Shown here one piece after another: positions 19,485-28,170 of a stretch of 35,245 nucleotides of DNA. The notes under the pieces are model-generated. The model had not been told where the DNA came from and did no database searches. It worked only from the letters and a program-made list of their open reading frames with translations. The position numbers were made by a program, and so were the translations under genes. Origin of the DNA: Promethearchaeota archaeon (lineage in GTDB: Archaea; Asgardarchaeota; Lokiarchaeia; Sigyniarchaeales; SOKP01); NCBI GenBank assembly GCA_019894975.1, contig JAGXNO010000038.1:1-35245 (forward strand), in the 5' to 3' direction. Within the stretch, counting starts at the first letter, position 1; each line of letters begins with the position of its first letter.

Positions 19485-19961
19485 TTACTTTTTGCCGTCC
19501 ATCTCATATTCTAATATTCGTCTTATTCTACCACGTAAATCTACTCTTATCGCCGACATTCCATATGTGGGTATACCTAATTTTTCTTCGACTTGTTCAG
19601 CACTTAAAGCGTTTGGGAGATCTTGTTTGTTCGCTATTGCAATAATTTTTGAGCCCATAGAACGCAAAAACTTCTTATAGATTTCTTTAGTTTTTTCAAT
19701 GTTATCATCAGTGGAATCACATACAAGAATTGCTAATCCTGATCCTTTTAAAAAATCATCCCACATAAAACGAAAGCGTTCTTGACCAGCAAAATCCCAG
19801 ACATTAACTTTACTACCATTCAAGATTGAATCTTCTATTTCTAATCCTACAGTGGGATTTGTGTTTTTTGAAATTTTCCTTCCTTGAAGTAAAGACAATA
19901 ATGAAGATTTTCCAACCCCACTCTGACCTACAAAACATATTTTTGTTTTTGTCGTAAGAAT
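19485..19961 (-). CDS. Arf/Ras-superfamily small GTPase (eukaryotic signature protein); true start lies upstream of the called ORF and is uncertain
   Basis: Frame extends upstream of 19898 to include G1 (KICFVGQSGVGKSS); G2 PTVG, G3 WDFAGQERFR, G4 NKQD, G5 SA. Confidence 0.85.
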   Translation of the reverse strand: MLTTKTKICFVGQSGVGKSSLLSLLQGRKISKNTNPTVGLEIEDSILNGSKVNVWDFAGQERFRFMWDDFLKGSGLAILVCDSTDDNIEKTKEIYKKFLRSMGSKIIAIANKQDLPNALSAEQVEEKLGIPTYGMSAIRVDLRGRIRRILEYEMDGKK

Positions 19962-20182
19962 ATCTAATCAACCTTTTCTAATTAGAACCTTATTATGTAG
20001 AAAAGGCAATTATGGCTTCAAAAATTAAAATAATATTTACATAACATGGGAGAGTATTCTAATGAATAATATTGCGAATTGAAAGTTAAACCTAAGATTA
20101 AATCAAAAAAATAAAAAATGAAAATAAAAAATCAATAATTTATCAATTAGGATAAAATAAAAAGATTCAAAAAAAAATTGTA

Positions 20183-21535
20183 TTATTTACTCTTCTCTAC
20201 AACCGAGGTTCCCACGTCTATGTCCTTAACTATCCCTACACATGCTGTCCTTCCCATATCCCGTACAGCAAATCTGCCCATTTCTGGAAAGTCATTATAC
20301 TTTTCGAGGCACATTTTCTTGATCGGGGTTAATTCTACGATTGCTGATTCGTTCCTCTTAAGAAACTTAGGATTATCCTCAATTACAGCACCAGTTTTCT
20401 GGTCTAATTTTTTAAGTAAGGCACTAAATTTAGCTGCAACTTGAGCTGTATGAGCATGAACTACAGGTGTATAGCCTTGTGCGATTGCGGTTGGATGCCA
20501 TATTACTATAATTTGTCCTGTCCATTTACCATTTGGATTAATTACAGTAGGAGGATTATCTACATGACCTAAGCAATCCCCTCGAGTTGCATCTGCTCTT
20601 GTGAGTCCTCTGATGCTAAATCCGATATTATCTCCAGGAACAGCTTCTTTAATTTCCTCATGATGCATTTCTATGCTTCGAATTTCCCCTTTAAATCCTG
20701 TAGGCATGATAACAATCTTATCTCCTGTTTTCATAACGCCTGTCTCTACTCTACCGACTGGGACTACACCTTGTCCTTTGATGCTATAACAATCTTGGAC
20801 AGGAAGTCTTAATGCTTTGCCTGTTGGTTTCTCTGGAAGGACAAATTGATCAATAGCATCGATAAGGGATGGACCATCATACCATGACATCTTATCGCTT
20901 TTCTTTGCTAAATTTTCCATTGCCATTCCACTGGTAGGAATGAAGGGTACATCTTTTAACCTAAAGCCTATATTTTTTAGGAGATCACCAACGGATTCCT
21001 TTACTTCATTATAGCGATCTTCACTATAATCATACACATCGGCTTTATTTACTGCAACAACAAGTTGCTTTACACCTAAAGTCTGTGCCAAATACGCGTG
21101 TTCTCGGGTTTGCCCATTAGCAGCAATTCCGACCTCCATTTCACCTTTCTTTCCAGAAACGACGAGGATAGCTGCATCTGCTTGAGATGCACCAGTAATC
21201 ATATTCTTGACAAATTACAATACCAGCTTGAATTAAGCTGGTAAATCTGCATGTCCTGGTGCATCAATAATGGTAAAATAGCGGTTAGGTGTCTCAAACT
21301 TGCGAAAGGCTAAATCGATTGTAATACCACGTTGTCGCTCTTCTTTTAACTTGTCAAATACAAAAGCATATGACCATGATTCACGATCGTATTCTTTAGC
21401 AAGTTTCTCTAATTCACGAGCTTCTCTTTCGGTTACTGAGCCCGTTTCGATAAGCAGAGCGCCCATCATAGTACTCTTGCCGTGATCTATGTGTCCGATT
21501 ATTACCAAATTCAAATGTTCTTTTTCAGTTGGCAT
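20183..21535 (-). CDS. tuf: Translation elongation factor EF-1alpha, join(complement 21245..21535, 20183..21214), 440 aa after removal of a 30-nt insert
   Basis: [18 protein letters not shown] and DAPGH in exon 1; [26 protein letters not shown] and GRFAVRDMG in exon 2. Both halves are in the same frame and otherwise intact. Confidence 0.93.
21215..21244 (-). other. Putative 30-nt BHB-type pre-mRNA intron in EF-1alpha
   Basis: Insert UUACCAGCUUAAUUCAAGCUGGUAUUGUAA has two in-frame UAA stops, a 9-bp perfect stem, and bulge-helix-bulge geometry whose cut sites match the boundaries required by protein homology. Confidence 0.85.
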
Positions 21536-21814
21536 AATTCATTAATTTCCTCTATTAATTATTATTTATATCTTTAATATTTAAATTTCTATAAAAATTA
21601 TTTTTATTAGATGTTATTTGTAAATGTCGATGAGTTTATATTTTTTACTATAATTTACTCTTAATTTTCGAGGACTATAACCAAAAAACTAGTAATTATT
21701 TTAAAATTTCAAGAAGAATATTCCAAAGAATTAGAGAAGATAATAAGAATAAAAAACTATAGATTGTTAATTAAGGTAATACAACAAAAAAAATACGAAA
21801 TAGCTGATACTAGA

Positions 21815-22636
21815 ATGGTAAAGAGTAGAGCCAAATTTCCGAAGGAAGGAGAGTTTCTTATAGCAAAAGTTACTGAAGTCGAAAATCAGTATGTGTATGT
21901 GGATCTAATTGACTATGAAGGGTTACCCTCTGAGGAAACCGCAAGAGGAATGATACATATATCGGAGATCAGTTCTAGATGGATTAAAAATATAAGAAAT
22001 TTTGTTCGAATTGGTCAGAGAATAGTGTTACGAGTATTGCGTGTCGATCAAGAAAAAGGTCACGTCGATATGTCATTAAGAAGAGTGAATTCAGCTCAGA
22101 AAGAGATTAGATTAAAAGAATGGAAATATGCAGTAAAATTTGAGAATTTATTGCAATTTCTTACAGAGACAGAAGGAATTGATTTAAACTTAGATGAAGC
22201 TTATGAATTGATTGGATTTCCTGTATTGGATAATTTTCATACTTATCAAGAAGCAATTGAAAACCTTAAAGAAAATGGAGAGGAACTATTAACTGATTTA
22301 GAAGGTGTTACAGATGAATTTAAAACAACCCTGTTAAAGATAGTGAATGAGAATGTAGAAATTTCTACGGTAAATATTTCTGGAAAAGTTAAGCTATCAT
22401 TTAATTCAGAAAATGGAATAGACCACATTCAAGAATCATTACTTGAGGCTTTAAAGGTAATAGATTCTAAAGAAACTCGTAATATTAGCATCAGCTATCA
22501 AGCGGCACCATTATATCGGCTTGAAGTAGTAACAAAAGATTATTTAGACGCAGAAAATATCTTGTCAGATGCTTTAGAAATCATCGAGCAAAAAGCGCAA
22601 CTCTACAACGGGACGTTTGAATTCATAAGAGATTAA
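21815..22636 (+). CDS. eif2a: Translation initiation factor 2 subunit alpha (aIF2alpha); likely start ATG 21815
   Basis: FPKEGEFLIAKV S1 domain, IHISEISSRWIKNIR, VLRVDQEKGHVDMSLRRV, AAPLYRL; followed by nop10. Confidence 0.95.
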   Translation: MVKSRAKFPKEGEFLIAKVTEVENQYVYVDLIDYEGLPSEETARGMIHISEISSRWIKNIRNFVRIGQRIVLRVLRVDQEKGHVDMSLRRVNSAQKEIRLKEWKYAVKFENLLQFLTETEGIDLNLDEAYELIGFPVLDNFHTYQEAIENLKENGEELLTDLEGVTDEFKTTLLKIVNENVEISTVNISGKVKLSFNSENGIDHIQESLLEALKVIDSKETRNISISYQAAPLYRLEVVTKDYLDAENILSDALEIIEQKAQLYNGTFEFIRD

Positions 22637-22665
22637 TATCCTTAATTAATGGTTTTGATTGAATT

Positions 22666-22851
22666 ATGACAAAATACTTATTAAAATGTGTGGAGTGTAA
22701 AAAATATGGTTTACCAAACGATAAATTAAAGTGTCGTTATTGTGGAGGCCGATTAGCAAATCCAAAACCCCCAAAATTTTCCTTAACAGATAAATGGGCG
22801 AAATATCGAATAATATATTTCAAGGAAGAATTTGAAAAGAAATTCGAATAG
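22666..22851 (+). CDS. nop10: H/ACA RNP protein Nop10
   Basis: CxxC...CxxCGG, PKPPKFSLTDKWAKYR; canonical position after aIF2alpha. Confidence 0.9.
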   Translation: MTKYLLKCVECKKYGLPNDKLKCRYCGGRLANPKPPKFSLTDKWAKYRIIYFKEEFEKKFE

Positions 22852-22853
22852 GT

Positions 22854-23519
22854 TTAAGATATATCTACTTTTTCTGCAAACTTTTCTAAAATCAGGATTT
22901 TAGCATTTTGAGAGGGAATGGATGCAAGATCCTCTTCTTCAAATGGTCCATAATTAATAAGATCAATTCCTACTAATGGTGGTGTTTTCTTTATAAATCT
23001 TAAAAGCATGAAATCCAGTTCTTCCCTTTCTTGCTTAGCGCTAGTTTCAGAAATTTGTGGTTCTTTTTCTATGATGGGTTCTGTCTCGTCAATCTCGGGA
23101 ACTGTATCATCTTGAATCTGAATTTGTTCTTCAGGTTCAGTTAATTCTTGTCCTTCAAAAATTGATATAGCCTTCACTTTTCTATATCCTTTAATTGAAC
23201 TTATTATATTTTGGTAAAGAAGCTTTTCAGCTTCAAGAACATTTTCAAGATTTAATTCTTTTAAAACAAGGGCGGTATTTATAATTTTAAGCTCTCGCAT
23301 CTCTTGAAGATCCTCATAAAGGAATGTGATATTTTTTTTGTAGGATTCAAAAACTTTGAATTTAATAGTATCAGTTTCATCTTCTTGATGGGTATCAATG
23401 GATTTTAGAAGGGTAGAATATTGATCAAAAAGTTTTCGATTTAAATCAGTCAAATTTGGCTGTTCGAACTCATGTAACCAATGCTGATATAACTTTTTAT
23501 ATTCTTTTTCTAAATCCAT
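22854..23519 (-). CDS. GINS complex subunit (Gins15/Gins51-type)
   Basis: Helical A domain (MRELKII...EAEKLLY), acidic linker, C-terminal B domain (LRFIKKTPPLVGIDLINYGPFEEED); downstream of priS. Confidence 0.85.
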   Translation of the reverse strand: MDLEKEYKKLYQHWLHEFEQPNLTDLNRKLFDQYSTLLKSIDTHQEDETDTIKFKVFESYKKNITFLYEDLQEMRELKIINTALVLKELNLENVLEAEKLLYQNIISSIKGYRKVKAISIFEGQELTEPEEQIQIQDDTVPEIDETEPIIEKEPQISETSAKQEREELDFMLLRFIKKTPPLVGIDLINYGPFEEEDLASIPSQNAKILILEKFAEKVDIS

Positions 23520-23580
23520 GAATATCGAAACTTTTTTCTTTAGTATTTAAAATTAGTGTATGGTTGATTAAATGTTTAAT

Positions 23581-24867
23581 TTATATGGTTTTTGCTACTT
23601 CTTTACATAATAGAAACACGGCAATATGATGTGGTACTTCTATGATTTCACCTTGTGTATATGGTCCATAAGATTTTCCCTTGATTTTTGTAGCAGGAAC
23701 TTGTTTTTCTAAAATTTCTACTTTTTGAGTTGTATGGACCTTGCTTTCAAATACAATTGGATCAAGTTTCTTATTTATTTCATCTAAGGGATTAAAATCG
23801 TCAAGCTCGTCAGGAAGTATCTCTTGAGTTTTAAATCCAGTTTTTCCGTGTAATGATCCGGGGTATCTAATAAGTCTATGTATATCAATTGTTACTGGTG
23901 TGTCAATCTCTACTCCAACTTCGTGTATTATACCGTTAAAAAATTTTTTCCAGTTAGCTAAACCGAAGCCTTCAACTGATGGCAAAGCAAAAGTGTTATG
24001 ATTCTCAATTTTATTTATAAAATCTTGTTTAGAATTCATAAAGCCTTTGACATAGTTTTTACTAAAGTTGAAATTCTCCTTATTCAATAGTAAATCTCTT
24101 AATTCTAAATCGCTCTTTTTTAATAATACCGAGATCTTTCTAATAATTTTTTGAGCCCACCCATATGTATCACCTGAAAAACTGTAAAACGTTCCACTTT
24201 TTTCTTGCAAACCCAATAATTCAAGTGAAATATTTTCTCCAGCAATATAATCAGCAATTTCCCTCCTCTCACTGCTAGTTAATTTCCTAATTTGTTGATT
24301 TTCGATTTTCAAGTGGTAGCCCCGATGTCCCGAAAAAGCTATCTTCATATTACTTAGATCAATCCCAAAATCAGGAATTAGAAAATTGTAAATTAATTTG
24401 ATTATTTCTCGCTTAGCTGTTTCTAAACATCTATCACAAATCCAAGCTAAAGTTTTGATTTTCAATTTTTTACAGTTGGGGCAGGAATGTACCATCCCTA
24501 CTCCACTTTCTCCACATTCCTTACAGTACCAGAAGTCATGATCCTCCTTGCACGGAGTATAAAAATGATCTACATCAATATCGATTATGAAATCGCATCC
24601 CTGATATTCTTTTCCTTCCATATTTTGGTTTTCAGGCTGTTTATAAATAGCTCCGCTCGAATAAATATGTCTAGGACCCTCGTTGATTAAATGTGTTAAA
24701 AATTGTTCCTGAACTTTAAAGCTCATATGTCTTTTCATGAAGGTTTTTGTATCCCAAGGGATGTATCCAAATTCTCTATTTTCAAATGAACTTAGGGAGG
24801 GGATTTCGGAACTCTTTTCCTTGTAATATGCCTTAAATAGACGTTTTAGATAATTTATGTCACTCAT
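23581..24867 (-). CDS. priS: DNA primase small (catalytic) subunit
   Basis: REFGY, IDIDVD, FSGHRGYH, IDTPVTIDIHRLIRYPGSLHGKTG. Confidence 0.96.
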   Translation of the reverse strand: MSDINYLKRLFKAYYKEKSSEIPSLSSFENREFGYIPWDTKTFMKRHMSFKVQEQFLTHLINEGPRHIYSSGAIYKQPENQNMEGKEYQGCDFIIDIDVDHFYTPCKEDHDFWYCKECGESGVGMVHSCPNCKKLKIKTLAWICDRCLETAKREIIKLIYNFLIPDFGIDLSNMKIAFSGHRGYHLKIENQQIRKLTSSERREIADYIAGENISLELLGLQEKSGTFYSFSGDTYGWAQKIIRKISVLLKKSDLELRDLLLNKENFNFSKNYVKGFMNSKQDFINKIENHNTFALPSVEGFGLANWKKFFNGIIHEVGVEIDTPVTIDIHRLIRYPGSLHGKTGFKTQEILPDELDDFNPLDEINKKLDPIVFESKVHTTQKVEILEKQVPATKIKGKSYGPYTQGEIIEVPHHIAVFLLCKEVAKTI

Positions 24868-26062
24868 TTTCTTTATTTGGTTCCTTACTTTTGTAGAAAT
24901 CTGCTTTAGAAGCCCTATATTGTTTTATTCTAGTGTATCCTAAGGGATGACCTAATTTTTTCCTTTCACTTGGTTCTACTGAACCGTAACCCTCTAGACA
25001 TAGTTTATCCTTATAATCTACTGCTAAACATGAATTTAGAGATTTTAATGTTAAACATTTATATGGAATATATTTTTTCTTTTGAGCAAAATTGACTTGG
25101 TAGGTCGTCTTCTCTCGATCAAAATCTGGCATTATGGAAAATAAATCTACTATTTTTTCTACCGGATATTCAAGAGCAAGTAAAAACCAAACGATGAACA
25201 ATCTCTCATTATGAATTAAATTTTGTCCTGATTTCATTTTTTTCAATATTTCATTTACACATGGGGGAAATAAATTCACTATATCTTCTTCACTCTCAAA
25301 ATCAATTTTGAAATCAAATTGAAATTCCTCTTTTCGTTCTGCCCATGTTTCTATTATTTTATCAATTATCTCTTTAAAATCTTCAACTTTTGATACTTCG
25401 TTTACAAAAGCTTTTAATGAATCTTTATCATCTGATTCTTTAATAAGAAGTTTATTTCTTACATATTCTTGAATTAATCTAATTAATCTATGATTTTGGA
25501 TGAATACGTAACCTTCTGAAAGAGAATTATGCACTAATTTTCTATATTCATCTCTTAGGTTTGAGGCAAGTTTTATATAATCAATGTAGTGAACAGTAAA
25601 ACTACTTTCAAGTTTTTGTTGTTGATCTTTTACAATATTTATACCATACTTAATTGGGGGATCATAATACCTAATATCTAATCCAATATCTTTACAAATA
25701 TTATAGAGATTCACATCACTTTTTTCATTACTTAATTCATTATAATTTATCTTAGAATAGAGATTAGCCACTCTATTAGTGATTAATTGGTTATCTAAGG
25801 AATGTAGGATGATATTCAATAATAAATACACATAAACGTTTAGTTTATCGCTTCTATACCCTGAAATTTCTTCCAAGTTTTCGAAAGCAGCTTCAAATAG
25901 ATTGAGAATTCTCTCTTTTAATTCACCTCCAAGATCTTGTGAAAATATTTCGGTGATAAATATGGAGGGTGATTTTGAAGCAATTTCAGAATAGTAATTC
26001 TTTAATGAAGGAAGCCAGGGGTAATGATTCACTAGTTCAGTTGGTATATTCAATTCACCCAA
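24860..26062 (-). CDS. priL: DNA primase large subunit
   Basis: YPWL N-terminus, FPPCV, HNER, PDFDREKTTYQV, Fe-S cysteines; overlaps priS start by 8 nt; GTGAGGT SD before a TTG start. Confidence 0.92.
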   Translation of the reverse strand: MGELNIPTELVNHYPWLPSLKNYYSEIASKSPSIFITEIFSQDLGGELKERILNLFEAAFENLEEISGYRSDKLNVYVYLLLNIILHSLDNQLITNRVANLYSKINYNELSNEKSDVNLYNICKDIGLDIRYYDPPIKYGINIVKDQQQKLESSFTVHYIDYIKLASNLRDEYRKLVHNSLSEGYVFIQNHRLIRLIQEYVRNKLLIKESDDKDSLKAFVNEVSKVEDFKEIIDKIIETWAERKEEFQFDFKIDFESEEDIVNLFPPCVNEILKKMKSGQNLIHNERLFIVWFLLALEYPVEKIVDLFSIMPDFDREKTTYQVNFAQKKKYIPYKCLTLKSLNSCLAVDYKDKLCLEGYGSVEPSERKKLGHPLGYTRIKQYRASKADFYKSKEPNKENE

Positions 26063-26169
26063 TACCTCACTTAGAGAAAATTATAAAAATTAATCAATGG
26101 AAAATGGTTTTTATTTTGATTTAATTACCACGAGTTAAATGGTTTTTTAAAAATTAATAAAAAAGCTTA

Positions 26170-26973
26170 TTAGAATTCATCCATGTCATCATCATCATCG
26201 AATTCTTCTTCTTCTACTCGTGGTGCAAGGAAATAGTATAATTTTCCGCCTTCAAGAAGATCAAAATTCATTTTCAAGGGATGGTCAGTCTTTAACGCTA
26301 TCTCCAATTTCTCTGTAATTGAGGCGATTTTTAATATAGCTTTAAGGAATGTTAATGAATAAGCTCCGCTACTGGATCCGTGAAGATCACTTTCAATTAA
26401 GTCTTCCTCATTGAGATCATATTCCATTTCACCAATTTGTCCAGATGAGCTAAAAATCAGTCCTTGCCCTTCATTTGCATTTATATTTAGAATTTCCGAA
26501 TAAATTTCAGCGTCCTTTATAGCCTCTACTAAATAGTCTGGATCAATTACCCAGTTGGAAGGATATTCTATCTTAAGTAAGTTATCCATTGGGATTTCCT
26601 CAATGTCAATATCTAGTAAAGCTAAGCTAAATGTTCTTGTTCGTGATACTCCTTCCCTTTGCATTTTGATTTTTATTTTTTGGTTAGTTTCATCAAAATC
26701 AATCTCTACTGAATCATTGGCAGCGCTTCTTTTTAAGATTTTATCCAGATCATCTAAATTCAGACCGACCTTAGATTCTTTATTACACTCATAACCATCG
26801 AAATCATCCTTTTTTATTGATAATTTTAGCAAACATATCCGACTTGGATCCATCGCTGAAATCGTAAACTCTTTAGGGGTGACTCGAAACTCGGTTTCAT
26901 CGATAATACTGGAAAGAGTTTCAACAATCCCTTTCAATATCCGACTATTTTCTAATTTTAACGTAAAGCTCAT
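26170..26973 (-). CDS. pcn: DNA polymerase sliding clamp PCNA
   Basis: AMDPSRICL, YSLTFL, YYFLAPRVEE with acidic tail. Confidence 0.96.
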   Translation of the reverse strand: MSFTLKLENSRILKGIVETLSSIIDETEFRVTPKEFTISAMDPSRICLLKLSIKKDDFDGYECNKESKVGLNLDDLDKILKRSAANDSVEIDFDETNQKIKIKMQREGVSRTRTFSLALLDIDIEEIPMDNLLKIEYPSNWVIDPDYLVEAIKDAEIYSEILNINANEGQGLIFSSSGQIGEMEYDLNEEDLIESDLHGSSSGAYSLTFLKAILKIASITEKLEIALKTDHPLKMNFDLLEGGKLYYFLAPRVEEEEFDDDDDMDEF

Positions 26974-27151
26974 ATTCTTTCAGTATCTTCATTCAATTAT
27001 AATTAAGATAATAAAGTTTTATTAGCATTATTAATAATGTTTAATATTAGTCTTTTAATAAAACCAATTCTAAGTATTAAAATAATTATTTATATTTATC
27101 ACAATTTTTCAATGTATAGTAGTATTAAATTTAGAGGTTTTTAAAGAAAAA

Positions 27152-27469
27152 ATGTCAAAACAATCAGCGAAACAAAGAACAATAAAAGATATTAGAAAAG
27201 ATGATGTAAGAATTCAAGTAACTGGCTATATTAAGGATCCTAGTGAACCAGGAAAAATAACCCTAAATGATAACACCGGAAAAATTACTGTAAATATTAA
27301 AAATATTGAATTCAAGCACAGCGAAAATGATCTAATTAATGTCATTGGTGAGCTTGTTATTAGTATGGAGGGGGGAAAAACTATTATAGCTGAAATTATC
27401 CAAGACATGAATAATTTAAACTTCGAATACTATCAAAAGCTTTATGAATTAAAGAAGAAATACGGTTAA
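27152..27469 (+). CDS. Single OB-fold protein, RPA14/RPA3-like replication protein A small subunit
   Basis: RIQVTGYI...LNDNTGKITV...INVIG...IIAEIIQDMNNLNFEYYQK: OB fold plus C-terminal helix; divergent from PCNA. Confidence 0.7.
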   Translation: MSKQSAKQRTIKDIRKDDVRIQVTGYIKDPSEPGKITLNDNTGKITVNIKNIEFKHSENDLINVIGELVISMEGGKTIIAEIIQDMNNLNFEYYQKLYELKKKYG

Positions 27470-27493
27470 CAAAGTAAATAAAATTGATGAAAT

Positions 27494-27826
27494 ATGGTAC
27501 AATTCTGTCCTGAGTGCTCAAATCTTTTACGTAAAAAAACAGATGAAGGAAATAGCTTTCTTGCATGTAAATGTGGTTATCAAGAAATTCTCGAACAATT
27601 AGTTGATCTGGAGAGTGTTCAAAAAAAGAGAGATGCCTTAAAAAAAAATTTAATAATAGTTTCTGAAGAAGATAAGGTTTCACTCCATCCAATAGCTAAA
27701 AAAACTTGCCCTAAATGTGAAAATAAGAAAGCAGAAAGCTGGCAGGTCCAGATTAGAAGTTCTGATGAGCCAAGTACTCATTTTTTTAGATGTACACAAT
27801 GTAAATTTACATGGCGCGAACAATAA
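27494..27826 (+). CDS. tfs: Transcription factor S (TFS/RpoM)
   Basis: FCPECSNLL N-terminal ribbon; CPKC...QIRSSDEPSTHFFRCTQC with the catalytic DE hairpin. Confidence 0.93.
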   Translation: MVQFCPECSNLLRKKTDEGNSFLACKCGYQEILEQLVDLESVQKKRDALKKNLIIVSEEDKVSLHPIAKKTCPKCENKKAESWQVQIRSSDEPSTHFFRCTQCKFTWREQ

Positions 27827-27944
27827 TTTCTTTTTATTTTGCCAAATACTAAAAATTATATCACTATGATATACTAGTTTCATCGTGAAAGACTTGTTTC
27901 ACGAATTATTTAATTAAAATATAGTTAAAAATATAGAAAAGTCA

Positions 27945-28151
27945 TTAGGATAAGACTTCTAGGATTTTAGTAAGAATTCGAGCTTTACCTCCAGTAGATT
28001 GAAGTAAAGTCTTTCCACATACTAAACATTCCACATCTGTAGCAGAACATCCAAAAATTATTTGTTGGTTCCCGCAATTCAAACATTTCACACGCAAAAA
28101 CCTACTTCTTGGATGGGGTATTAATTCTTTCGGTTTTTTTTTTTTTGGCAT
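27945..28151 (-). CDS. rps27e: 30S ribosomal protein S27e
   Basis: [20 protein letters not shown]...CLVCGKTL...TGGKA. Confidence 0.96.
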   Translation of the reverse strand: MPKKKKPKELIPHPRSRFLRVKCLNCGNQQIIFGCSATDVECLVCGKTLLQSTGGKARILTKILEVLS

Positions 28152-28170
28152 TTATTTTACCTTTTTTCGA

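Noticed and set aside
19962-20015. Second BHB intron at the hairpin upstream of the GTPase
   Set aside because: The flanks do not form a 4-bp central helix with 3-nt bulges, and excision would not bring an ATG into frame
21215-21244. Ribosomal bypassing (T4 gene 60-like hop), stop read-through or a transposon footprint as the explanation for the insert
   Set aside because: There are no matched take-off/landing codons, two UAA stops would need read-through, and no target-site duplication exists beyond a 2-nt TT ambiguity. BHB cleavage explains both boundaries
20183-21535. EF-1alpha as a pseudogene or a genuinely two-subunit split protein
   Set aside because: Both halves are fully conserved and in frame, the FVKN codons are retained upstream of the second ORF's ATG, and the only lesion is a structured 30-nt insert with BHB geometry
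21950-22000. Ser51-equivalent residue (SEISSR) in aIF2alpha as a eukaryotic novelty
   Set aside because: A serine at this position also occurs in other archaeal aIF2alpha proteins, so it is not distinctive on its own
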